From Phoronis australis (taxonomy: Eukaryota; Animalia; Phoronida), in the NCBI GenBank assembly GCA_002633005.1, contig NMRA01000280.1:326080-390079 (forward strand): DNA of 64,000 nt, written 5' to 3'. The translations under genes were made by a program, and so were the position numbers. How positions within the stretch are numbered: the first letter of the stretch is position 1; each line of letters starts with the position of its first letter. Below the pieces are notes generated by a model. That model did no database searches, was not told where the DNA came from, and saw only the letters and a program-made list of their open reading frames with translations. Below, in pieces: positions 1 through 25,933 of the stretch.

Positions 1-194
1 AGCATAACAAGTCAAAAGAATAAGGAATTTTCAAAATGTTACGTTTACTTGTCAGCACACGAAACTAACAACTCTGTCTGCCATTTTGCAACAACAACTT
101 ACCTTCTGAGCACAACGCCCGAGATATGCTCCTACAAAACACACTTTTCATGAAGACAAAAGCACGCCCCCATATCCCCTATGTCTACATCATC

Positions 195-384
195 GACAGG
201 TGCCAGAAATAGACTTTGGATCAATGCAGTCACTCCACAGTGACTAGTAATTTAAGTCTTGTCACGGCAAAAATAGTATTCAGTGCTTTTTGACAGGTGT
301 CAGAAATAGACTTTGGATCAACGCAGTCACTCCACAGTGACTAGTAATTTAAGTCTTGTCATGGCAAAAATAGTATTCCGTGCT
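195..384. repeat. Tandem duplication of a 97-bp unit (2 copies)
   Basis: gacaggtg(c/t)cagaaatagactttggatcaa...gtgct at 195 and 292, few substitutions. Confidence 0.9.
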
Positions 385-667
385 AAGATCCAATACGTCA
401 TTTTCTAAGCTGCTAATACAATATTGATGTGCCTTTCATACTTCTGTAGAGAATTGTTTGCAACTGATCAAATCTTCAAATAAAAAGAGTGTCACTCTAT
501 TTAATGACCAACTTGAAACTTGTTACGAGTCCATAAAACTGAAAGCTTACATCATTCTAGAGAAGTAACAAAAAGTTCAATGAAACCCATGTTACTTTGA
601 TTAATAACTAGCATTTAAAACACATATTCGCAGGACTTGAGGCTTTCCAAAGTGTCTAAAACCTTAC

Positions 668-13308
<12,641 letters not shown>

Positions 13309-14967
13309 TCAAAGTTCTGAAGACCTGTACATTTAGGCTTTACTTGCCACACACTTTTGAGGACCAGAAATTTATCAATTGACGTATCGCCAGGATTTTG
13401 AGTGACGACTTAAAACGCATCGTTTCCAAGTAGCCATTTTACACGACAAACGTTGCCGGGTAAAACTTATTGTTTGTTAGTCGACATTACGCATGGGGGC
13501 GGAGCTTGCGAAAAGTCATTTTCAGACCCGCTCAAACTTGCACTTCTGCTCCAAGACCACAAGACCAGCTTTTCTTGAAAACCTAGCACCTACTAAAATC
13601 TTTACAAAATGCACTTGAGTAGCACATTACTATGTCATGCAGGAAAGCATACATGGTTCGAAAGAAGAACAAGAAGCCAAAAATTGCAACAATTGAACAA
13701 GTCGACACTCCTAGTCTGTTATTGATGCTACATACACATTTCAGACTCATTCATTTTAAACAGCAATGGTCCAAATATGACTACTGTTTTCACATCATCA
13801 ATTTTACACTTAAAATACCACGTATAAGGTGCTTTCTTTCCTTCGCAATCCCTTCTGGTTTTTCCATAAAATTTAAAAAAGGCCCATGTGCAGATATTCG
13901 GAAAACGACCTTTCAAAAATGTCTCGACTGAATTCAAGCATTCGACTGGGCGTATATTTAGAAAAGGGGAGAGTATTTTCGTAAACCGCATCATTAAAAC
14001 TGTCCTTCTTACTGTGGTAATACGGTTACCATAGTTACCAATACAGTCACCCAAGACAGTACTTGACACAGGCGAAAATGTCCTTCAAAAAAGTAAAACT
14101 TTGCACACGTGCAATCTAATAAACAACATAGTACATAGGCAGTGCAGGCTGGCTGTTTGTGTCTGAGACTTGAACAGAATTCAATGTAACGGGTGTCTGT
14201 TTAATACTTGGGAAGAATGACCACCTCTGGTCGGGCCACACAAGAGTTGTGCAAGTGTGTAGGCCTGCCCTGAGCTGATGAGTTGTAGTTCAGTGTACTG
14301 AAGAGCGGTTGGGGGAAAGGTAAAGGTAGAGTAAACAGGTCCCTCTTCAATGGTTGCCAGTGAATACTGGTTAACAGAAACTATTTTTAAGAACGTACGG
14401 GTGATTGCAGTGGCACTAATCGAATACAGCGGTCCTTGATTATGGGAATACAGCACTCACTGAAAAACGGAATAATTTGTTCTCCAAACCATTGATAGGG
14501 ATTGATTATTTGATAGTAGTGGTGACTAGTGACTGACATTCGACAGTGCCTATTTCAGCGATTTTCAATACTTTGTTTCAAATTCAAGGATTTTTTCAAG
14601 GCCTGCGCGGACCATGGGGAAGATGGGCCTAATGTTGAAACAAGTTGTGGCATACATACTGTGACTTAAGCTGAAATAGAACTTACAAATTTAAAATATC
14701 AAGCACACAATGCGAATGACACCTTACCGAACACGCGGCTTTCAACCAATATCTAGCGACACCTGGTGTTAGATGCTCGAGCCACATGGTGTTGGAAAAT
14801 AGCCAACATGGGGTAAAAGCTTTGCGAGAACAGAGACACCGTCTTTGGCGTGAACTCGGAATCCCTGCATAATCCCTTAAGATCGACTACGCGGGTCCTT
14901 GGAATGGGATACTCATAAAGGCAATCAGGTGAAATTTTTTTTCATTGAACAAAGCATTCTCCCAAAG

Positions 14968-15092
14968 CAGTGGCGGATTCATGGGAGGAGGGGGCCAAGG
15001 AGGCCATGGCAGCCTAAAATTCTCACATATTCCATTTATCAATTTGGAGGTGCGAATGTCTGATGGGCAAATTTTGGCTAATACTCAGCCTC
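14968..15092. mobile_element. Truncated MITE of the CAGTGGCGGAT family
   Basis: Shares cagtggcggatt...ggccatg...cctaaaattctc...gtgcgaatgtct with 20095-20236 and, inverted, with 16134-16275. Confidence 0.7.
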
Positions 15093-16133
15093 TGCAAAGT
15101 TTACTGAAGCTTGTGTCACAGAAACGGAAGAATATGTTTGGTGATTAAGATAGCTAGTATTTGAAAAGAGGTTGGTTAAAGTTTACATGGTTTCATTAAA
15201 AACTGCTTTAGTGCAGTGCAGATCCTTATCAACGTGAACACTATTATTTTAGTGAACGTGCCAAGTTTGTCAGGTGTATTCTTAGTTCACGCGTTCGCAA
15301 GTTTGAGATTCCAAGTTCACCGCGCAGCAGTTGCACGGCAGCAACACGATATTGCGAGTACTATGCATACACTGACAAAAACGGTCCGATACTGAATATC
15401 CATAGAACCGGAATATCCAAGGACGGATCCAGGAAATCGAGTCACTAATCGTGGACGTGTAGTCAACAGTAATCATACACGGTACCAAGTGTTTACATTT
15501 ATTTAATAAATCATTTTAAAACATCAAATTTTATCCTGGCAATGAAAAAAAAATGCTTGAAATGCACAAGAAAATTATTTATACGACAGTGTGATCCCAT
15601 GTTTGTAATTATAGTCTCCTAATTCTGTATTTCCTTAAAAATCGCAATCGTGAAAATTTTCGCAGCCATGACATATAGGAAATTCTACTTTCTGATTCTA
15701 TAAGTTACACATGGCCAGCACGTCTGCAATTTTCTATGAAGGCATTTTGGCTAAAGAACCCAGCTTTCAAAATGAATTCGTCAATACTCCTTGCAAATTT
15801 CAAAAAAATCCACCACTGACATCCTGTTCAGAATTTAAGGGAAATACGGGCCACAGTGTAAATAAGTCGCTGGACTTAACTGCGTCATCATCGGTTTATT
15901 TCATGTTCTAGTATGTTATATACTTTTGTATTTTTACAACGATGTTGTTTAGCAGTTTTTTCAGATATGTCAAATATTTTTTCCTATCTGTCTATCTATT
16001 CAGAGTACACATTGTTTGAAAATCCACCAGTTCGTGTAAGTTTGCTTCTATACATACAGGTAAGCCTCCCATAACGATTTAACCGGCAGTGTATTGTTAA
16101 ATTAGAAAATGAAAGCCCATGCAAAGATGTGAT

Positions 16134-16275
16134 CAGGGGCGGATCCAGGATTTTGAGTTAGGGGGGGCCAGGGCAGAGTATTGGTCAGGATTTTGCCAGT
16201 CAGACATTCGCACTCCCGAACTGCCAATTTTAGGGGGGCCTTGGCCACCTTGGCCCTCCTTTGAATCCGCTACTG
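16134..16275. mobile_element. MITE (~140 bp), CAGGGGCGGAT...ATCCGCTACTG
   Basis: TIRs present; flanks gtgat/atgat; inverted copy of 20095-20236. Confidence 0.8.
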
Positions 16276-18666
16276 ATGATGTAGAGTTTCTAAAACTTAA
16301 GGTGGACCCTTGGGTGGGGAATTGAATCTAAAAGGCACCCACTTATTTTGGATTTGCTGGTGTGAAAAAATCCACCCGGCGTGTGAGCGAAAAGGGGGCA
16401 AGAAGCTTACGTACCAGTACGTGTCTGGCCCATGGCTTACTCCTAAAGTTTGCTTCAATAGTCACACAAGGCAATGCAATATCTTTTATCATACTAGAGT
16501 TCTATGCTTTTATAGAACAATCCACATGCTCCCGCACTCTCCAGAATTTTTATTTTGGCATACCGTGAATAATACGCATTTCTAAAAATAGGCGACAAAA
16601 ACAGAAATAAATATTTCTGTTTTTGTTGACAAAGGAAGTTATTACATCCGAAAATTTCAAATTTCAGTTGATCCATTCTTGTTGTTTTATTTACCGATTT
16701 ATATTCTTCATTTCATGAAACAATAGTATCCTTGTGAGAATCTGGATCGCCTTATTTAGTTTCAGATATATTTTCTACGTTAAAAATAGTCGGGAATTTT
16801 CACCGCTCGTCCTTCTGTTCTGAGCGGCTTGTACCAGGATCAAAGAGAGTGTGGAGCTGGAATCAGGTACAATTGTGATGACTGCATTGTCAGAAGCGAG
16901 CAAGACCCAATTAAATGCAATTATCCGATCATAAACAGTATTAAACATCTCTGACTGTACATAATGGCGAGTTTTCAAAATGCATTAACTACTAATTTTC
17001 CTTATAAACGAACACCACGGCGGTATTCAGCTGAAAAAAACAAACAAGTACGGTTTTCGATTTTTAAAAATCGATGAACTAATATTAATCTAAAAACTAC
17101 AACCATTGGGTACGATTGAAGATAAATTACCGCGCGTATTGATATACTCGGTGGATATACAAACGCTGATCAGAGTTAACAATATCACATGGATTCATTT
17201 TTTAATGTTCTTTCAATCTCGTTTAACCAGATTTTTGGCCAGGAAACACTGAGTTGTTGTGTGCCCACTTTTCATTTTTTATTACTGACAAAGAGCTAGA
17301 ATAGTTATATAGTCAGTTTCATCGAAATTGTCCAGAGATTCCAAATCTTCAGTTTGGTTATCACCATATTTGCATTGTTTTGGTACTTCAAATTCAAAAG
17401 ATAAAAAGTTATCAATCTGTTCCCGGTAAAAAAATGGGCAGAGGCATTAAAAATTAAGTAAAGAAAGACAATATGAAACTTATCGTTCCTTTGGGAAGTG
17501 GCCCTTTGTGAAGACTAAACACAAGTTAACTTTTTTAGTCATTTTGTAATATTTATAATGTACGAAGTTAGAACTACTCTCCAGAGTTGCAGGCTGTCAC
17601 TCTGCAAATGTCAGAGCAAAACAAATTGGGTTACTAACAACAACCATTGTTGAGACAGTAATGCTAACAATTACCTTTCCAATTCATTAGCTCAGATCTG
17701 AATAGGCCTCGTAAAAGTTGTCTGGGGCTTGGGGAATCAGAGCGGTCACCAGTGTAAGCTAGAAATTTTCCACATAGCAGGGGCATCAGTCCAGTGCTGT
17801 AGTGGGGCATAGGGGCACGTAGGCGCAGCCAACCACCTTTTGGCATTTGAACGTAGCGCCTACACACCGTAAGTTACCTTCAGTGCTCAAGGTGATACGG
17901 TGGGCTTTGGGCGCCTACTTACCACTAATTTTACCACTACAGCACTGGGCATCCCCGCCAGTGTCGGTTGTGGCATTGCACCGGAGAAAATGACATGACG
18001 AGAGAAAATCCGCTTCGTATTTTAAAGAAACATTATCAGTCTTGGTGCCGAAAAAATGCATTTTGGATAAGATACACTGTTTATTTAGGCTATTAGCATT
18101 GGCCAAAGCTACAAACAAAAGATCCACTGTGTTACATTTGTGCATACTAACGAGTCAAACGTGCACATGTTCACGTGTACATCCCGTGCGTGTTGACAAC
18201 AATCAGGCTTGAAATTCCGTATTAGACCACTGCTATGACCGCGGACGGAGATGGGAGGTCAACGTCCGCGCAACTGCTAATTTCTATAAAATTACTCTTC
18301 TCGCAGAGGATGTGCCTCTAATAAGGTCTAAATTAAATGTTGAATACTCAACCGTTGAAAGAAATGAACATATGGGGTCCACACTGATTCTTCAAGTTTT
18401 CGTTAAGTAAAAATCTGCGCGTTCCTTCCAATGCAATCCGACAATATCGCATGTAGGTCTGCGAACGACATTTTGACAATGCACGCAGGGCCTACCGACA
18501 AGTGGTTGTTGTATAGATTCGATAATCACAGTTCATGTTCAAAAGAACGTTTAGTTTTCTAATTCGTTCGAAGCCCAATGTTTCGGCTCGTGCTGCGTTT
18601 ATACAGTATTCACCGTGCCAGATGATTCGATTCTTGCGTGTTTCATTCACTCCTCCAAATGCTCTT

Positions 18667-18739
18667 CATGGGCGGCGCACCATAGCGGGCTGAGGGGGCT
18701 ATTGCCCCCCACACTTATTTCAGTGCTTCCCTGCCCATG
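18667..18739. mobile_element. Small MITE, CATGGGCGG...CTGCCCATG
   Basis: Short TIRs; termini similar to 54109-54182. Confidence 0.55.
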
Positions 18740-19552
18740 TCTTGGTCAGATAAATGCAAATGCTACACACAGAAACGAACTGTTCGGACGACTTTACCAC
18801 TTCACTTTGAGGGAAGAACGCCACCTTGCCCACTAGCCTACCTGCCGAAAAGTCAAGACAGGACTTGTTACCACACATGGCAATTGGTCTCATATTGTTC
18901 CTTCAATTGGAGGTGATTTTAAGTCTTCAAAAGAACTGGCAGTTCGTTATTGCCTTCAAACTCTACAAGTTGGTTTGTCAGGGCGTGTCATTTAACAGGG
19001 AGCATAGCCTCACGGAAGAACTGTCAGTACGTTCTGTAACAAGAAATGTCTTCTCATCTGAGTAAGGACCAAGTCAAGATTAATCACACATTGGTAAGTG
19101 GTCTACATCAAAAATTTAGTTCTTGGACGGAAGGAGGGTTGATGGTGGCTAGGGAAGCTATAAGACAATAACGGCGCTACAAGGATGAAGCCAAATCTAC
19201 GCTGTTGCCGGTCCGACATAGCTTGATTGAATACGACAGTTTTTCAGAGACAAAACGTATCCTCAACATGTGTGTATCACATTTTTTCATTCCAATTTCC
19301 TCGAAGGCCTACGTATAGTTAGCGTATTGCCGACTAGCGTAATGCCGTCAATGCTAGTGACGCCTGAGTAAACTATAGTACATGCATACACGTGACATAC
19401 ATTCATTTGGTAGAGGTTTTCTCCCATAGTTCATTGTTTCTGCAGCATTACGTCAACTACAAGAGATTATTGACCCCTCAAAGCTATCCTGCCAAATTAA
19501 TTCGACAGGAAAGATCGATCTTACTAGTAGCAGTCACCGAACTAGTTCATCG

Positions 19553-19796
19553 CATGCGCGCATAGCCTTTAATATGGGGGGGTTGAATTTCTGGCGATGT
19601 GGACCTTTGCTGACGAAAAAGCGGGACTAAAACAAGGAAAAAAAACCCGGGTACCACCTTCAGTGCGTCTGCGCCTTTTTAGTGTACTTTTGGGTCGTTT
19701 TCTCGAGCTTTTGTTTCTCTAAGTCGGACCTTTTTGCCCAATTCGCCAAATGGGGGGCTCGTTCGAGACCCCCGGACCCCCCTGGGTGCGCGCATG
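19553..19796. mobile_element. MITE, CATGCGCGCA...TGCGCGCATG
   Basis: 10-bp TIR; flanks catcg/catca; inverted relative of 49947-50204. Confidence 0.8.
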
Positions 19797-20094
19797 CATC
19801 ATGATTTATTATTTAGCAAACTTTGAGAGAAATCATCGACAACCATTAATGTTCACAAAGTAATTAATTTTGCAGCGCAAATTGAAAATTTTTGTTACAT
19901 CCTCTAGGTATCTTTTCAGTTATATAACAAATAACAAAAAGCATCCTCTAACGCCCTGTTTGTCAGTGCTTTTCTTTCGGCTAACGTATACACAATAGGA
20001 GAAGCTATGCATGAAAGGGGTAATAAAACTGCAACTATTGTCAAAAACTAACTTTTCATTGAGACTGCCTGGGGTCATAAAATCGGTCTCATTC

Positions 20095-20236
20095 CAGTGG
20101 CAGATTTAGAGGGTGGCCCAACGGGGCCATGCCCCCCTAAAATTCTCCCAGACTCCATTTGGGAGTTCGAGGGTGCGAATGTCTAACGGGCACTCTGCTC
20201 TGGTCCCCCTAACTCAAAATCTTGGATCTGCCACTG
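20095..20236. mobile_element. MITE, CAGTGGCAGAT...ATCTGCCACTG
   Basis: Perfect 11-bp TIR; flanks cattc/catcc. Confidence 0.8.
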
Positions 20237-21170
20237 CATCCTCTTCGGTCCCCAGACTATACACGATTTGTATGCTTGAGAAGAACCGACAGGTCGTCAT
20301 TACTCCAGACCATACTAACTAAGTTGCTTGACAACCCGATAGTTTTAGTTGGCAAGACAGCATCTGATGTCTTTTCTGGAAACTGCAGCTGATTTATTGT
20401 AACCAATTCAAACAATGGATAAGAACGCAATGACGTTGCTTCGAAAGAGGAATTAAGCATATGAAATACAAGAGAACGAATTTCGCTGATGACCAATGAA
20501 ACGCCAGTTGTTCACAAGTACAAAGTACATAATGTCGACTATCTCTCATGCCGAAGCAGACTTAATACACTACAGATTTTTTTTTCTCGTTGACTAGAAA
20601 CCAATAAATATAAACTTCTAATCTTATAACACTAAAATGAAATATCCTGAAACTGAGAAAAAACGTTGAAGTAAATGAAGGCAAATTAGTTTAGGAGAGA
20701 CAATAAAACGTATAAAAAGACCAATAAGAAGGGACAAATTTAATAAAACTCAAGTGACTGGCTCTTCCACAGCGGAGGTATGTTAACATATAGGCAATTT
20801 ACCCGGCAATCACCACTAATGAAGAGCACATCGCTGGAACGTTCCGGTTTCATTAAATTTGCAGGGTCCATACTAGTACTTTTAACTTTTTACGTGTATA
20901 TTTCAGGTAACAGGCGTATTTGTTTACACCATTATGAAAATTAAAAACATTGTAAATCAATAAACTTAACCAGAAAGAATCTAATCTTCAGTTCAATGGT
21001 ACGAAAGTAAATCTTATCATTCTAATGAAAAATGGTCAAGGCATCCATCAATAAGTTGCGCACTGGCGCGGATTATGAGACATTGAGTGTTCTTAGATCG
21101 ATTGTAAAACAGAATCAGAAGTGTGAAAGTAATTTTGTGCGTTGACTGCCGCTGATTTTAACTTCTTTAA

Positions 21171-21927
21171 AGGGAACGTAATAGTTTTCGACGTTATGTT
21201 CTAGTCAATAATATCATACATCTCAACTCCCTCAAGTCCCCACCTGTATCGAACTCCTGCAAACATCTAGTACATTTAAAGAAAAAATCCATAAGATCTG
21301 TAAACTCGGTTGTAATGTGACATTCAGTGAAATAAGACATGCTCATACAAACTAGTGAGTAGCACAGCTGCATCAAACACTATTTGCCCATGATCAAAAG
21401 TAGAACTAAGTCTCGCTATCACGAGATAACGCGCGATTTCATAAGACTACTGGCTGTTTGTGGTTGTTGGGCGTTTGCTCTTTTATCATCGTGGGAACTG
21501 ACTATAGTTCTAAATAAACATTAAAATTTTTGAAGGGTTGAATCTATGTAACTTTATTTGTACGCTGGGATACCACTTTCATTGAATGAAATCCGTATAA
21601 AATATGTGCCATTCAGTATAGGATGACAAGTATGTAATACAGATCACTGGTTATGTAGGAGATGCATCTTTTTCTGTTAATTAATTTCATAGGCACCAAT
21701 TTGCTATCCACACGTGACAACAAAAGGCCACCATCTTGGATCTGCACTCATTTCCACTGAATAAACCCAATGTCTATTGCACACTGTCTCTGCAGGTCAT
21801 TCCTGCACACTGAAAAGTGAAATAAGAACCTAGATTGGGCGCTTTGCTAGGTCATTCATGTATCTCCACGACAACCAAGAACCCACATTTTTTACCATAG
21901 GTAACACCAAAAGCTGTGTCGTTCCCT
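21171..21927. mobile_element. Non-autonomous TTAA-target DNA transposon (Kolobok-like)
   Basis: ttaa|AGGGAACG...CGTTCCCT|ttaa; imperfect TIR extends to about 20 bp. Confidence 0.6.
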
Positions 21928-23911
21928 TTAATACTCATACTGACGTGAGTGTAAATCATATGAACACAAATTACTTTCCAGTCCAATACTGATGCAACTC
22001 ATGAACACATCCGAAACATCCGATCTGCACAATTCATTCAGGTGAAATGCAAACAAAACACATGTATGGAAAAACGGAAAGATTCTCCAACTGACCACAG
22101 CTATTAAAAACAGCTTTCAACAAGTAATTATTTTGAAAAATCACACTTGCACAAACATGCCTGAATTACTTCCTTGCAGCAAGAAACTCAGATTTGTAAG
22201 CAAATACTCAAAGATAAAACTTCCAGTCTTGCTGATAATATGGGGTCAAAAGCTGCATTTGGGAGAGGGCAAACTAGAGGCTGATTTCACAACAGGAACT
22301 TTGGTTAACTTATGGCTAACCAAAGGTCATTTGTAAAGGAGACAAACGCATGGGTGAAGAAGCAAGTGAACGCCTATGGCCCATCTGTGGATAACTGTGT
22401 AGAAATAGTGAAGCAGCACACATTATTTGATACACAATTGGAACAATTATTACTACTATTATTTCAGTAAATGCACATTTTGCCGCTGCAGCAATTTGTC
22501 AATTGTTTTTGGGAATAACACATAACCAAAGATCTCATTCCCTCTACTTGCAACTACCAGTTGGCGCCATCTTGTGACCAGGGTCAGCTCCATAGTCAGG
22601 TACAAAGGTCCATGGTTCCACCAGAGTGGTTGACTAGGGTAGTTCATCTCCACCTACTGTGACTAATGTTGTGACTAAGGTTCTAGGTGAATCCCCCAGA
22701 GTGTGATCCCAGTCAATATTCATCCTCTTGTTATTACTCTTCTGACCTCTAACCCATGGAACCTGTTTATCAAAGTGAGGTTATGCATTATTTTGTCTTT
22801 TAACAATATCCAAATCCAGAAAATGGACACCTCAAATCAAGGAGTAGCCTCACATAAAAAAATATTTCCAAAACACCAAGTTTTGGTCTTTTCTGTTATT
22901 TGAAAATTTTGACTTTTTTATTTTTGAGGCTGGATTATGAGTTTTTCAGCTTTACTTCTCAGATACAATTTCATGGTCAATTTCAAGACACCAACTAACC
23001 ATGCCCACATTCTACACTGAGCCCTTGACTTGAACTAACAAGAGCTTTCATGCAACAATCCCTATTAGATGACAAGCACAAAAACACTCCAGTTACAGCT
23101 GCTATCCATTCACTTTCTGTTTAAAAAACTATTTAGATCACTTGCTTTTATAATCATAGATTATAGACAACAGATTCGCAACTCCGACATTTTCTTGTGT
23201 ACTATCCTAGAGGAGGCGCCACTCTCCTAAATTATCTGGTGCAAGTTTCCGGTTAGTGTATTGTGACGGAAAATTCTTGCATCTACTTTACTGCCCAGTA
23301 CAACGAAAAAAACTAATCATTTCAGCATTGAAACGCTGTTCAAAGTCTTCCAATAGTAGAACTGTTGGTATCATGAGTTCTTTTAGAAATGCTACCACCC
23401 AACCACACAACAGCCGACCATGATTAGCAGACGAAGTACTTGCCGGAAATATTACCAGATAATTTGGCCAGGTGTCACCAGTGTACAATGACGTAATTGC
23501 CTCAATAAGAGCACAGATTTTGTCCATTGAAAGTATTGGCTGTCCATGTACTATAGTCTATGTTTTTAAAAACAGTGAGTGGGTTGAACTTGTTAATAAC
23601 TCAGAGTAGCCTCCAGCGCATAATATGACCAACCATACCAAGCGTATTGATCCTCATTTCAAGGAAAAACTTACAGCCTAACACAAATCATTACTAATCA
23701 TAGTACAGGAGAAGGTCAGATGATTATTATAGTCTAATTCAAAAGTGATTTTTGACAGAAGGTGGATTTATAGCAAAATTAATGTAAGGACAACTGGTGC
23801 ACAATAAAGGCAACTATTGGTATAGGTATCAAGTGAGCTTGTAAATACACAAAATACATGACTTTGCAATCACAGCATCTCAAGCTTTAAAATAAAAAAA
23901 TGCAATCTCGG

Positions 23912-25126
23912 TCATGGAAGTTCGTTGATTGTACTATCGTGCCTTGTCTTCCGTTGGAAGCCTTCGCTGTCTTCGATTCCACTTGCCTTAGTGGAGTTCG
24001 ACAAGGCAGCGGTGCGATTGAAGTCAATGCTGGCATACATGTCAGTACGTTTCGTTGGAGACTCAGGAAATGTCAGACTAGTTGGCGAGTGTGTCTGTCC
24101 TGTGTCACTTCCATTATCAAGATCGAGTTCTATGTAGTTGATTCTGTTGACCGTGGCTTCAACACTATGTGGCGCTCCTGCTGGTAAGGTGTGATATGCC
24201 GCTGATGCAGCTCCATTCAAGTCTACATTGCAATACATTCTCTGGTCTTCGGCACAAATGCTCCGCGAGTGGCTCGAGAGAGGACTGTCCCTGTCTGATG
24301 TGACATTCATGTAAACCGTGGCGGCTGCAGACGCAGAGTGGTCTAAATCTGCATATGCTAATGACGAGCTAGCACCAGCCATAGGCATGGACGGTGGATT
24401 ATTCTTGACAGGATTCAGTTTATCTACATCAATGTCCGCATACTTTGTTTTCGTAGTCCCATTGCACGTTGGAGACTGCGCCGGTTCGAGTTCAAACAAG
24501 TTCTCTGCACTGCGCGGTAAGTCCAGTACAGCATAGTTAATAGTATGGCCGTTGGTGTGACTGTGATTCGTCACTGATGAATTATTCACCATGGACACCC
24601 GCACATGTGATGATTGGAGTGCATGCCTGTTACTGGCCTGCGGTACAGTGTTCATGTACCTGGGTGGTTGTGACTGGCGTGCAGCCCCATTAATGTACAC
24701 TGTGTCTCTCAATATCTCGTCATTGCGACCGCCTGTGTCAGGGCTGTGAGAGCTAACGGATTCTGGCCGACTGTGTGAGGACGAGAAATGTTGGCGGTCT
24801 TCCTGTTGCCCTGCCATCTGAATACAGTCCTGCAGAGTATTGAACAGTAGCTCCGCCCTTTGACATTTGAACGCAAATATGCCTGGCCCTGTAGGACACC
24901 GACGACCACTTTCAAACGAGAAAAGCTCAGTTTCAAATCCGTATCGACGCAAGCACTTCAAAGGCCATTTAATTGGCTCGCGGTTCTTCTGAAGCAGTAT
25001 TAACTCATTGTCTGATATCTCAATGAATCCTTCGTTGACTTCTCGACCGTGATCATCAACGTTCAACACATGAAACATGCGTGGGTTGATATCGTTCACA
25101 TCCGGCTTAGCTTGTGCACACCCCAT
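23912..25126 (-). CDS. FRS2: Fibroblast growth factor receptor substrate 2/3-like adaptor, 404 aa, single coding exon
   Basis: N-terminal MGC (myristoylation-type); IRS-type PTB domain (F.V.NVDD...W...LRRYG....LFSFESGRRCPTGPGIFAFKC.RAE.LFN.LQ); YxN Grb2-type motifs; NYIELDL and YASIDF..T.AL Shp2-type motifs; C-terminal RKTRHDS typical of FRS2/3. Acceptor ttctgttcacag lies 16 nt upstream of the ATG (exon starts at 25142). Confidence 0.95.
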   Translation of the reverse strand: MGCAQAKPDVNDINPRMFHVLNVDDHGREVNEGFIEISDNELILLQKNREPIKWPLKCLRRYGFETELFSFESGRRCPTGPGIFAFKCQRAELLFNTLQDCIQMAGQQEDRQHFSSSHSRPESVSSHSPDTGGRNDEILRDTVYINGAARQSQPPRYMNTVPQASNRHALQSSHVRVSMVNNSSVTNHSHTNGHTINYAVLDLPRSAENLFELEPAQSPTCNGTTKTKYADIDVDKLNPVKNNPPSMPMAGASSSLAYADLDHSASAAATVYMNVTSDRDSPLSSHSRSICAEDQRMYCNVDLNGAASAAYHTLPAGAPHSVEATVNRINYIELDLDNGSDTGQTHSPTSLTFPESPTKRTDMYASIDFNRTAALSNSTKASGIEDSEGFQRKTRHDSTINELP

Positions 25127-25815
25127 GATGTAAGGACACTACCTGTGAACAGAACAACAGGGTTATGAAGTTGTTTGTAAAGCATACGATTTTTGAGATG
25201 AAACTAAAGGCAGTTAGAATTTCACCTGTAACTTTCCAGCAATGGCTCTTTGTATAGCATGGACAGTCCTCATTGTAGTTGCAGGGTTATCACCTAACTG
25301 TCGAGGTGATACAACTTACATGTCAAGTCGCAGTAACTGGTCACTGACAAGAACTTTGTTTATAGAAGGAAACTGAACCGTAGACACCATGGGTGACCGA
25401 CAGTGCCAAATGCTGTGTCTGTATATAACTGACTGAATTATTATTCCGATGTAAAGAAGGGGAAGCGGAAGACAAAAATGATTGTGGCAAAAATCTAATC
25501 AACCTTTGCTTGCCTTTTCTGCACCTCTCCATTTTTGTTTCAATCTTGCAAGCGTTGTTTGAAAAGCCATGTAAATCACTGATCCAGTTTCAGTTATCTC
25601 CCATGCATCACGTCTACAACTACGAGTTGCGCAAAGTGTATAATAGAGCTGCATGCAATGAGGGCAAATCCAGTAAAATTTCACCAATTGTGGACCTAGG
25701 AACCTCACTGTGGACAAAGCAACTGCCAATATTGACATTTTCTCATTTCCAAGATCTTCTTGCGCTGTTGTGAGTGCCCAGTACTTTTCAAAATTCCTCT
25801 GATGGTGGATGTATA

Positions 25816-25933
25816 AAACCCGGCAAATAGTCGGATATAACGTGCCAACATTTTGAGAACCAGTTTGATGCCCATTATTCAGTGGGGAAACTGGTTCTCA
25901 AAATGCGGGCAGACGTTATACGCGACTACTACC
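25816..25933. mobile_element. Palindromic MITE (~118 bp); inverted copy at 55115-55230
   Basis: tagtcggatataacgtgccaacattttgagaaccag...ctggttctcaaaatgcgggcagacgttatacgcgacta forms a long hairpin; near-identical reverse-complement copy at 55115-55230. Confidence 0.75.
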
